A DNA stretch of 64,000 nt, taken from Eledone cirrhosa. Lineage: Eukaryota. Within the stretch, counting starts at the first letter, position 1. Each line of letters begins with the position of its first letter. The position numbers and the translations under genes are program-made. Of the stretch, positions 1-10,154 are shown one piece after another. The stretch lies in the NCBI GenBank assembly GCA_964016885.1, contig OZ024742.1, forward strand, positions 220,720,001 to 220,784,000, read 5' to 3'. The notes beneath the pieces are model-generated. The model saw only the letters and a list, made by a program, of their open reading frames with translations, searched no databases and had not been told where the DNA came from.

Positions 1-599
1 CATAAATCAACCCATATAGACATCCTTCTAGCTATAGGGTTATTATAAATACAAGTACTTAAGGAATCCACCAGAGAGACACGAAGCAGCAGTCTGTGAG
101 AGATTATGATATAGCCATTCACTTTTACCCTTTCTCTCTCCTGGCCTTACAGGTTCTCACCTTCTCGGCCACAGACTACACCACCAGACAGTGATAACAC
201 AGACAAGAGAAGAAAGTTCTGCTAACACTGTGAAATTTCACTTCACAAAAACCAATTTGTTTACTATGCTCTCACATCTAATATCAGCTCGGCAATTCGA
301 CTAACTAAACGATAGACACATTCACACACATGCAGTAGGTTTACTTATGTTTTTCACTAATCTTTCGTCTTCCTGTTATTTCATGTCTATTATATTGTTG
401 TATTGACACATGTATACATGCTAGCCCAAAGTAGTTAGCCATCAAATAATGTAGTGATAATTGCTGCCACAAGTTTATTACTTGATGCTCAATGTACCAA
501 CAAGTGAATATTGTTATTGTAAAATAAACATTGTCAACATCAGAATTCTGGCATTATTCTTTTTATCATTCATCCTGAAAAGAATACATTTATCCATTA

Positions 600-1530
600 C
601 AACACAGACAACTACTAACACACCATACTAACAAAGACCACGTCTAACACACCATACTAATAAAGACAACTATTAACACACCATACTAACAAAGATCATG
701 TCTAACAAACCATAGTAACAGGGACAACACTAACACACCATACTAACACAGATCAACATTAACACACCACAGTAATGGAAACCACAACAAACACACTATA
801 CTAACACACACCCTCATTGATACACCATACTAACATACACCATTTATAACACACCATTCTAAGAGAGACAACATTAACACACTGTATCAACACAGACAAC
901 CACTAACACACCATACTAACACAGACAACTACTAACACACCATACTCACACAGACAACTACTAACACACCATACTAACACAGACAACCACTAACACACCA
1001 TACTAACACAGACAACCACTAACACACCATACTAACACAGACAACTACTAACACACCATACTAACACAACAACCACTAACACACCATATTAACACACACC
1101 AACACTAACACAGACAACACTAACACACCATACTAATACACACTACCACTAACACAGACACAAGTAACACATTATTTACACAGACGACACAAACACATCA
1201 TACTACACACCATATTAACACACAATACTAGCACAAATGAACAATAACACACCATATTAACACAGACCACAACTAACATACTATTCTACTAAGATAGACC
1301 ATCACTAACACACCATACAAACTAACACTCCAGAGAACACAAACACAATACTAACATAGACCTCTATTAACAGATTATACTACCACAGACCACCACTAAC
1401 ACACAATACTAGCATAGACACACCATGTTGACACAGACCAATACTCACACTCCATACTAACACACACAACATTAATACATCTTACTAACACGGACAACAT
1501 AAACATACAATAATAGCACAGACCAACACT
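600..1530. repeat. ~29-bp degenerate minisatellite (CACTAACACACCATACTAACACAGACAAC)n
   Basis: Repeated units are visible directly and are most homogeneous at 895-1075. Confidence 0.9.
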
Positions 1531-2080
1531 TGTAGTGAAATCTGTCTACGCCTTAAACCTTGGGTGACACCTGAAGGTCAAACTCTAGGTCACCACCCTT
1601 TTGGTGTGAACAGGTTCATGCGTGGGATATCCCCTCAAGGTGGGAGACAGAAAGCCACAGGTATATAAAGCCTATATTTTCCCACCTTAGATACAAAGAG
1701 ATCGGAGCATTACGCTAGCAACAAGCTATGTAAAGATTCCCTCAAAATCGCGAAACGCCCCTACCCTATTTTTCAATATACTACTGATTTTGATATCAGT
1801 CGATTACTAAAAAATTTAAAGAAAAGTGATTTTTCTCTTTGTCGAATAAATAAATACACAATCAAGTCTAACAATCATTTTATTTAATGCAATAATTTAG
1901 TAAATTTCCTACAACGTCAATATTTTGAGGAGCGGATCTTTCCACGTCTGTTCATGTCCGTGGTCCAAAAAGAAAGAGTGAACCTGTGGCTGTGTCCGGG
2001 TGTATTTTTGCCTCCCTTCCCTGAAGTGTTGTTAAGGGGAGGCAACTGCTAGCTACCAAGCGACTATCTCAGCCACTACA
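1531..2080 (-). mobile_element. 3' LTR (LTR-A, 550 bp) of a Ty3/Gypsy element
   Basis: Termini TGTAGTG...CACTACA form a perfect 7-bp inverted repeat. On the minus strand it is preceded by a purine run (GAGGTGAA) and lies downstream of the integrase ORF. Confidence 0.75.
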
Positions 2081-2564
2081 TTCACCTCGGAGCAGACTTT
2101 TTGTCGCAAAATCGTTAACAATGAAGCGAAGGTAGTTTACAAAATGTAGAAGAATGTATCAACAAATTAAAAATTAAAAAAAAATAATAAATAGGTTCAT
2201 GTCTGCAAGCATTAACACAGAAAAAAAAAAAAAAAAAGAAAAAAAAAATGTACAGTAAAAGATGCAAAATGCATGAAAAGATAACACTCTTCGCAATAAA
2301 GGGGCCCCAGATGCGATAAACAAGAAAAAAAATGTTTTGCTAGGCAATGAAAATGCCATATGTAGCATAGTTATAAAAATGCACTAAAAAAAAAAGGGAC
2401 TGTGTCAGAATTGACAACAGTCGTAATGTTACGCAAAATATAATATATTGACACTGCCGTAGGCAGTCAAGAATCCAAAAGTAACAAAATGCAATGTACA
2501 ACAAAAACAATTGGAAGGAAAAAAATAACAAAACAAAACAAAACAAAAAAAAAAAAAATACAAT

Positions 2565-4134
2565 TCAGTTTATATTACTGCATAGCTTACGGGGCCAATG
2601 CACCCTTCGCCCAGAACGGGTCGTAGTTCTGTGTGTTGATGGTGGGGGAGGGGAAGAAATAGGCCTGTCTGGCAAAAAAAAAGAGGGGGGCATTTGAGTT
2701 TCAAGTGTCATTGTGTCATTTTCCAGGTTTGCTCGTTTGAGACGATCAACGGAAACCGTTTCCCTGGAACCCCGAATGTCCAGTGTGAAATGTTTGTCTG
2801 TGCGAGCAAGCACACGATAGGGTCCAGAGTACGGCCGTTGAAGAGGGAGTCTCACGGCGTCGTCTCTAACGAACACATGGGTCCACAAGGCAATATCCCT
2901 TGGGACGGCAGTTTTTACAGTCTGCTTCCTAGTGCCCATCGGTGGTAGATCCTTGAAATAAGAGTGAAGCCGGGACACGTAGGAAGCGGGGTCCTGCGAA
3001 GTCAGGTCAAAAGGGGCCAGCATTTGCCCCGGTAACGCCAGAGGCGTACCATAAACTAATTCGGCAGAGGAGAACCCAAGGTCCACCTTTACCGTCGACC
3101 GAATACCCAACAATACAATGGGTAGGTACTCGCTCCAACGTGAAGAGTCCATGGAAACCCTTAAGGAGGCTTTGAGCTGCCTGTGGAATCTTTCCACCAT
3201 TCCGTTTGAGGCTGGGTGGTAAGCCGTAGTTCTTATTCGAGTAGCCCCCAGGATTTGGGTTAACTCTCGGAAGAGGTTAGACTCGAATTGACGACCACGA
3301 TCCGTTGTTATGGTGGTTGGTACACCGAAACGAGCGATCCACGAAGATACGAGGGTACGGGCTGTGGTTTCGGCGGTGATATCTGTTATAGGGACGGCTT
3401 CAGGCCAACGCGAAAAACGGTCAACAATCGTCAAAAGATACGAAAAACCACGACTAACCGGCCACGGGCCGACGATGTCCACATGAATGTGACGAAATCT
3501 TGCATCGGGGCAGGTGAAGGTTCCGAGAGGAGCCTTAACATGTCTATGAACTTTCGCTTGTTGGCAAGCGACACAGGAACGACACCAAGCAGCAATGTCA
3601 CGTCTCATACCAGGCCAGAAAAATCTGGCTGTTATGAGTTTTACTGAGGCTGATACTCCTGGGTGAGAAATGCCATGTAAAGCGAGAAACGCAGTTCGTC
3701 GATGTTCCACTGGGACTAGAGGTCGTGGTGAGTCCAACGAAACATCACACAGTATCTGTCCGTCAGCAGTTGAGATCGGAATGTATTTCAGTTTGCAATG
3801 TACAAACTCTGGCGATGTAACATCCAACGATTCGAGAGTGGGTTGGGCAGCTGCCATTCGATGTAAATCTATCTCCTCGGAAGACGAAATCGATGCGATC
3901 GGCAGGCGAGACAGCGCATCGGCCGCTGTATTCAAAGAACCCGGAATATGTTGAATGTCGTTCGTGAACTGTGAGATGAAGTCCAGATGTCTCGTTTCTC
4001 TGGGCGAGTATTTGTCTGCCTTAGTTCGAAGAGCAAACGTCAAGGGTTTATGATCAGTGAAAATGGTGAATGTTCTACCTTCAAGTACATGAGCAAAATG
4101 TTTCACTGATAAATAAATTGCTAATAGCTCCCTT
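2565..4134 (-). pseudogene. pol: Ty3/Gypsy pol 3' half (RNase H C-terminus plus integrase), 5'-truncated
   Basis: [31 protein letters not shown] zinc finger (HGISHPG...CVACQ), DDE core ([23 protein letters not shown]), PYSGPY and C-terminal RSGRRVHWP. Confidence 0.93.
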
Positions 4135-4304
4135 CCACTTTAGCAGTATTAGTTGTAGATGTTATCGCCACTTTAGCAGGGTGGTAGAATCAGTGGTCGT
4201 TAGTTGCCAGTGTGGTAAGTGATAGTATCCTCGTTGGATTATCTTGTTGACATAGACGTGAGGGAAGGTCCCTCGATCTATTTACCATCTATTCACAATA
4301 TTCC

Positions 4305-5103
4305 TTTCGTCAGGTCGCCAATTCCAGCAGCATGGATTAAAGATGTTATTGAGACACGAGTAACATAACAACGACTTCAACCGCAGTAATTAGAGATGAA
4401 ATGTTTGTTTATTTATATGGTTGAAGTTACAGATACAAAGAGGTTACAAAATGGAATGTGCCATTGCGCCGTTAAGCCGGCGAGGCTAGTGGTGCAATAT
4501 CTCACTGTTACATTATGCGTGTTGCTGGCTCGAAGTTTCTGGTACAAGAGCGAGATTCTTCAAATCTTCGCGGTGAATTTCTTCCTCAGGGCGCGTAGGG
4601 ATACATCCTCTTCTACTGGCGCTGATTGGCTGAACTGAGCCAAATCACGCACAGAGAATGTATGTGAGCCCGCGGAATGTAGGTCACTACATCACCTCCA
4701 ACCAGATTTTCAGCCGAAAATCGATAACGAAGAAACCAAGGACCCACATATTATTAAATCAGCAAGAACAAATGCTGAAAGAGCACATCAGTGAAAAAAT
4801 AATTGAGCAGAAGGTTGCATGCAAGAACAAAAAATTAGGCGCTACGGGCCGTGTTGAGCCGCTGTGTCAAATGACCAATTGTTTTGTTGTTTATACGTGA
4901 CCGCCAAAGGTCTAACAAAAAACGGATAAAGTCTGACATGGGCGAAGTTGCTGTTACAAGAGCGAGATTCTTCAAATCTTCGCGGTGAATTTCTTCCTCA
5001 GGGCACGTAGGGATACATCCTCTTCTACTGGCGCTGATTGGCTGAACTGAGCCAAATCACGCACAGAGAATGTATGTGAGCCCGCGGAATGTAGGTCACT
5101 ACA
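4305..5103 (-). mobile_element. Second LTR type (LTR-B): partial copy 5103-~4955, spacer and PPT, second copy starting 4691, PBS-like TGGCGACC at ~4313-4320
   Basis: A ~150-bp direct repeat (4543-4691 vs 4955-5103) in which both copies start TGTAGTGACC on the minus strand. GGAGGTGA precedes the 4691 copy. Confidence 0.6.
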
Positions 5104-5225
5104 AATTGATTAACAATATTCCAAAGATACCATTGCAGGCAGCTGAGAGTATAAATACATTCCTTGAAAGGAAATATATAAATTTCAAAAAAAGGAACAT
5201 AAATGTTCTTTTTTATGAATAAGGA

Positions 5226-5675
5226 AGGCGCATGGCTTAGTGGTTAGAGCATTGGGCTTGCAATCGAAAGGTTGTGAGTCAATTCTCGGACCGGGTAATG
5301 TGTTGTTTCCTTGAGCAAGACACTTTATTTCACATTGCTCCAGTTTACTCAGCTGTAGAAATGAGATGATAGGACTGGGGTCTCTATCATTCCACTGCAA
5401 AGTGGTCGTGGCGGTGCCACGGCAAAAATAGCACCCAGCCCACACTGTAAAAGTGGACGTGTAGGCGCCACGGAAAAAAACACCCAGCACTCACTGTAAA
5501 TGAGGTTGGTGTTAGGAAGGGCATCCAGCTGTAGAAATCAAGCCAGAATCAGTTCCCGAATGAGCAAGACAAGATCAGCCGACCGGACATTGCCCACAAC
5601 AGGACAACCCGTCTAACCCATGCGTGGAAGAACGGATGTAAAACGGATGTAAAACGGATGTAAAACGGTGCTGCT
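5226..5675 (+). mobile_element. tRNA-derived SINE with RTE-like tail
   Basis: A-box TGGCTTAGTGG and degenerate B-box, central CCTTGAGCAAGACACTT block, RTE-type GTTAGGAAGGGCATCCAGCTGTAGAAA, and a tail of three ~11-bp AAACGGATGTA repeats. Confidence 0.8.
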
Positions 5676-6129
5676 GAAGGACCAGTTGAATTTGTTATAT
5701 TCCCACCAGGCGATACCAGCTATTTTGAACATTTATACAAGAGCAACTCTGTCTATCCAAAGAGTGTTCTTATCTGAAAGAAAGTGGCAATTATATCATT
5801 TCAAAGCTTTCCAATTTTCCTTTTATTGAAACAGACAGAATAAATGTTGATATCTAACTTGATGTCCCCTCCTCTTTGTGAGCTTAGAGACCGTGGAAGA
5901 GGGTATATTCATGACTATATAAGAGCGTATATTTATTAGTAAATGGTAAAATATATACAACAAATGAGTAAGTGAATCGTAGTAGATGGTTTCCAGTCCA
6001 GTCAGACTGCAACTACAGATAAAAAAAATTGTTAGTTTGCTTTGTAACAATAGCATATCCAAGTTTTCGGATAAATCAACTTACTTTAACTTTGACCTCA
6101 TTTCAATGGAACCCTTAAGCTTCATGGAG

Positions 6130-7160
6130 TCGAGCTAACTCTTTGACATGAGGCTGAATTTTCGTAAGATGTAGCTAGCGATCTCCACGTGTAATTACAT
6201 TGTAGGGGTTGCGAGACTTACTATGCAGTCTGGAAACAGCACCAAACCTCCTCTCGATTAAGTATGAGCTTGGAAAAGGCAGAGCAAATCTCTTAGCCTC
6301 TGCATGTAGGTGTGGAAATCGACGCTGAATTTCCTTTTGCATCCAAAAAAGGGGTTCACCTATTTTGGGAAATCTAATTTTGATCATGTCATCTGCTTGA
6401 AGTTCAATGAATTCTTCCTGAAATTTAACGTCCAAATCGTCGACGGTAGCTATGAAGGGATCTGCTATCCACATTGGGATGTCCATCGGCAAAAGGTCAA
6501 CAAACCGTTCTTCCATGTTGTCTTGTAGTGCACGGAGGTGAGCGGTATAAATTTGGAGTTGGTCATCGCTTACAATGTTTTGAACATTGGCGACACTAGG
6601 AAAATTATAGAATTCCCGTCAACAAAGATTCCTTTCGATGACATTCAATTTGGCCAGGAATGTTTTCCCAGCATTCCTTGCTTTAAGCAAGGTGATCTTC
6701 TTCCCCTACAAAGCCATAATGACGCTATTGCATTTGTCAAAGATGTTAGCGAAGTAAGCGCAGTCTTGCCTCACATCGAGGGTTTTCTTGTACAGTTCTG
6801 TATTGCGTCCTCGAAGAAATTCAATGATAGAGTCGAACAGTTCAAAGAAGTGAGTAAGGCACTTGCCCTTTGAAAGCCACCTCACTTCAGTATGAAGGAG
6901 CAACTTGACGAATTCTTCGTCATTATCTTCGCACAGTTGCCGAAAAATTTGTTCATTGAGGGAATGGCGTTTGATAAAATTGATGACATCAATGGCTACC
7001 TGCAAGGACTTGCTCAGTGGCTCACTGAGTTTCTTCGCAGCCAAGTGTTATTGATGAATGACACAAGGAACAGCAAATACAGATAGATTTTCTCTCTTCA
7101 GAAGAGTGAAGAAACCCTTATGTTGGCCGACCATTGCTCTTGTGTCGTCCGTAGCACATG
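6130..7160 (-). pseudogene. hAT (Buster/ZBED5-SCAND3-like) transposase, frameshifted
   Basis: INFIK, LLLHTEVRWLSKG, W-ADPF and a LPFPSSYLIER dimerisation motif spread over several broken frames. Confidence 0.88.
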
Positions 7161-7164
7161 ATAC

Positions 7165-7525
7165 AATGTGTGTGTATTTGGTTCTAGATGTATGTATTAC
7201 CTACCTGTGTGTTGTATGCAGTCCTAGATGTATGTATTACCTGCTTATGTATTGAATGTGGTCCCAGCTGTATGTATTACCTGCTCGTGTGTTGTATGTG
7301 GTCCTAGATGTGTGTATTACCTGCTTATGTGTTGTCTGTGGTCCTAGATGTGTGTATTATCTGATTATGTGTTGTATGTGGTCCTAGATGTGTGTATTAT
7401 CTGATTATGTGTTGTATGTGTTCCTAGATATGTGTGCTACCTGATTATGAGTTGTATGTGGTCCTAGATGTATGTAATAACTGGTTATGTGTTGTATGTG
7501 GTCGTAGATGTGTGTGCTACCCGCT
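7165..7525. repeat. 40-bp minisatellite, about 9 copies
   Basis: GTCCTAGATG recurs at 7301, 7341, 7381 and 7461 (40-bp period). Confidence 0.92.
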
Positions 7526-7899
7526 TTTGTGTTTTTTCTTTTCTTTTTTTATTTCTAATATTATTTATACAATAGGGAATAAAATAGAGATCTACATAGT
7601 GTTAACTCGTTACGGTTGAGCCAATAATTTCAGACATGAAATACATTGTTATCGGTGAAACAAAGACAAGATTCTAACTGGCTGCGCTCAAAGTGACCTA
7701 GATGACTGTGTGTTTTTTCCATTTTTAGGATCTCAATTGCTGGTTAATATCTAGACACGCCTGCACACCTGCTTACAGCTACGGTTTGACCACAGTTATG
7801 CTGTCCGCATGCTCATTCAAATGCATTCACACTGGCTGTCTCAATGACAAACAAATATGGCTTATAAAACTTACCAAAATAAAGAGCCTTCCAGTGCAC

Positions 7900-8002
7900 T
7901 CCAAAGCTCCAAACGCCCCCTAATGCCCCCTTGCTCCCAAACGCCTCCCTGGAGTTCCGAAACGCCCCCTGGGGGTGCATATGCCCCCGTTGAGAACCTT
8001 TG
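7900..8002 (-). mobile_element. Left terminus of the hAT/Buster element
   Basis: Minus strand reads TTTTAGAC|CAAAGGTTCTCAAC, a Buster-type terminal inverted repeat (TIR) next to an NNNTANNN target. G/C-rich subterminal repeats follow. The partner TIR was not found. Confidence 0.6.
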
Positions 8003-8090
8003 GTCTAAAATACGGTGAAAGCTTATAATTTCTAATTTCTAATTTCAAACTCGCGCACCGTTTTAAAAACATACTTATAATTTGCTTGTT

Positions 8091-8124
<34 letters not shown>

Positions 8125-8131
<7 letters not shown>

Positions 8132-9080
8132 GAATATAGACATAGAATATTCGAAAATATTCTGTATGTTTATAATAAACATTTTGAAGACCTAATCGCT
8201 ATAGAATAGAATACGTCACGTATTACAATTAGATTCTCGATAAAAGCAAGGGAAGTAATCTACGCGTTTCATTCTTGTTAGAAATCTTCAGGACCACATA
8301 TCCAGTGCTTTTATCGAGAATGACACAGCTAGAGACTTATAGAATACTTAGCTGTGTACAGGAACTGGTTTGAAAGAGCGGTTGCCGGTCCGGCAGAAAT
8401 TAGAAATTGGAATAGATGCTCTGAAATAGCGATATATATGTGAATATAGACATAGAATATTCGAAAATATTCTGTATGTTTATAATAAACATTTTGAAGA
8501 CCTAATCGCTATAGAATAGAATACGTCACGTATTACAATTAGATTCTCGATAAAAGCAAGGGAAGTAATCTACGCGTTTCATTCTTGTTAGAAATCTTCA
8601 GGACCACATATCCAGTGCTTTTATCGAGAATGACACAGCTAGAGACTTATAGAATACTTAGCTGTGTACAGGAACTGGTTTGAAAGAGCGGTTGCCGGTC
8701 CGGCAGAAATTAGAAATTGGAATAGATGCTCTGAAATAGCGATATATATGTGAATATAGACATAGAATATTCGAAAATATTCTGTATGTTTATAATAAAC
8801 ATTTTGAAGACCTAATCGCTATAGAATAGAATACGTCACGTATTACAATTAGATTCTCGATAAAAGCAAGGGAAGTAATCTACGCGTTTCATTCTTGTTA
8901 GAAATCTTCAGGACCACATATCCAGTGCTTTTATCGAGAATGATACAGCTAGAGACTTATAGAATACTTAGCTGTGTACAGGAACTGGTTTGAAAGAGCG
9001 GTTGCCGGTCCGGCAGAAATTAGAAATTGGAATAGATGCTCTGAAATAGCGATATATATGTGAATATAGACATAGAATAT
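8125..9080 (-). repeat. 310-bp tandem array (3 near-identical monomers plus a partial), one HHR per monomer
   Basis: TGAATATAGA at 8131, 8441, 8751 and 9061. Flanked by (TA)n on both sides. Confidence 0.95.
8255..8297 (-). ncRNA. Type I hammerhead ribozyme (also 8565-8607, 8875-8917)
   Basis: Minus strand: GTGGTC-CTGAAGA-TTTCT aaca AGAAT-GAAA-CGCG-TA-GATTAC. Enclosed by a 16-bp helix ATTCTCGATAAAAGCA/TGCTTTTATCGAGAAT (8233-8321). Confidence 0.8.
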
Positions 9081-9097
9081 ATATACATATATATACG

Positions 9098-9129
<32 letters not shown>

Positions 9130-9755
9130 TAAATATATATATATATATATATATATACGTATATATATGTATATATATATATGTGTGTATATATATATAT
9201 ATATATACATATACGTATATATATATATATACTTATACATATAAATATATATATATATATATATATATGTACAACCACCGGAAATAACAGCTGTGAAATA
9301 TACAGCGCCATCTACCTGTTAGCTAGCTACTCAACGTGAAACAAAAGAACCCTTAGAACCTACCAGAATTAGAACCTACCAGAATAAACGCCTACACATC
9401 GACTAAACAACAAAGGATTGTTCCTGTATAAATAGAGTGGTTCCCAACACTTTCGCTAGTCGACTTTTGGCAGAGTCAGCTAGCGCATCGTTGTTCCTTT
9501 ACTCTGCCACGCTTTGTCACTCACACGCCTTGTACCCCGTATCGTTGCTTGATGTGAAAATAAATAGCTGATCGAATTTACATCTCGCCTTGCTTCGTCC
9601 TTTCAACCTGTGCTTTCGTCTGTCCATCCTCAACAGTTCTTTTAAGGGCTATCTTCATATCTGATCAGACCGTATGCGATAACAGTCCTTCTAAGGACTA
9701 TTCTCGGACCTGATCGGAAGTAGTGACTAGACTGACCAACCAGCGTCGCTACAAT

Positions 9756-9787
9756 TGGTGACCCGAACGTGAGTCGAACGCGCAACC
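9756..9787 (+). promoter_or_regulatory. Primer-binding site complementary to tRNA-Trp (extended)
   Basis: TGGTGACCCGAACGTGAGTCGAACGCGCAACC compared with the recalled metazoan tRNA-Trp 3' end reverse complement TGGTGACCCCGACGTGATTCGAACACGCAACC. Confidence 0.8.
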
Positions 9788-9812
9788 AGACAGCACCTAA
9801 GAAAATATCAAC

Positions 9813-10115
9813 ATGGACATGTCACAAACGACAGAAGCCGAGATTTCAGAACTGCGGGCTATGATCAGAGAGCGGGCTGGTCAAATTAAAGACCTCTTGA
9901 ATCAGGTAGAGAACTTGACCTTTCAAACACACCGGCGACGCAGCAACAGTCGAGCCAGGCCTTTTCACAGTCAAAAATCCAGTAGTCCCAGTCAAAATCG
10001 TGTGTCTGGCAACCTCTGCTGGTATCACGAGGAATTCGGCGCTCGGGCATCTAAGTGTAGGGCCCCGTGCTCTTTCCAGAATACCACCCAGGGAAACGGG
10101 CAGACCAGGGACTAG
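9813..10115 (+). CDS. gag: Short Gag (coiled-coil, RS-rich linker and CWYH..FG..A.KC..PC zinc knuckle only)
   Basis: 100-aa ORF immediately after the PBS, ending just past a G GGA AAC slippery site. Confidence 0.85.
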   Translation: MDMSQTTEAEISELRAMIRERAGQIKDLLNQVENLTFQTHRRRSNSRARPFHSQKSSSPSQNRVSGNLCWYHEEFGARASKCRAPCSFQNTTQGNGQTRD

Positions 10116-10154
10116 CGACGACGTTCACCCCTGGTACTGAAAAGAAAAGTCGTC
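10091..10154 (+). promoter_or_regulatory. -1 ribosomal frameshift signal (GGGAAAC plus candidate pseudoknot)
   Basis: Slippery heptamer 10091-10097 is in the correct gag phase. Stem ACCAGGG (10104-10110)/CCCTGGT (10129-10135). Loop GACGAC can pair with GTCGTC (10149-10154). pol is in the -1 frame. Confidence 0.8.

Noticed and set aside
5226-5300. tRNA gene
   Set aside because: The B-box is degenerate and the sequence continues into a SINE body and tail, so it is a SINE head. The same applies to 35007-35100.
600-7525. 29-bp and 40-bp repeats as possible CRISPR arrays
   Set aside because: They are head-to-tail with no unique spacers and no cas genes, in a eukaryotic context.
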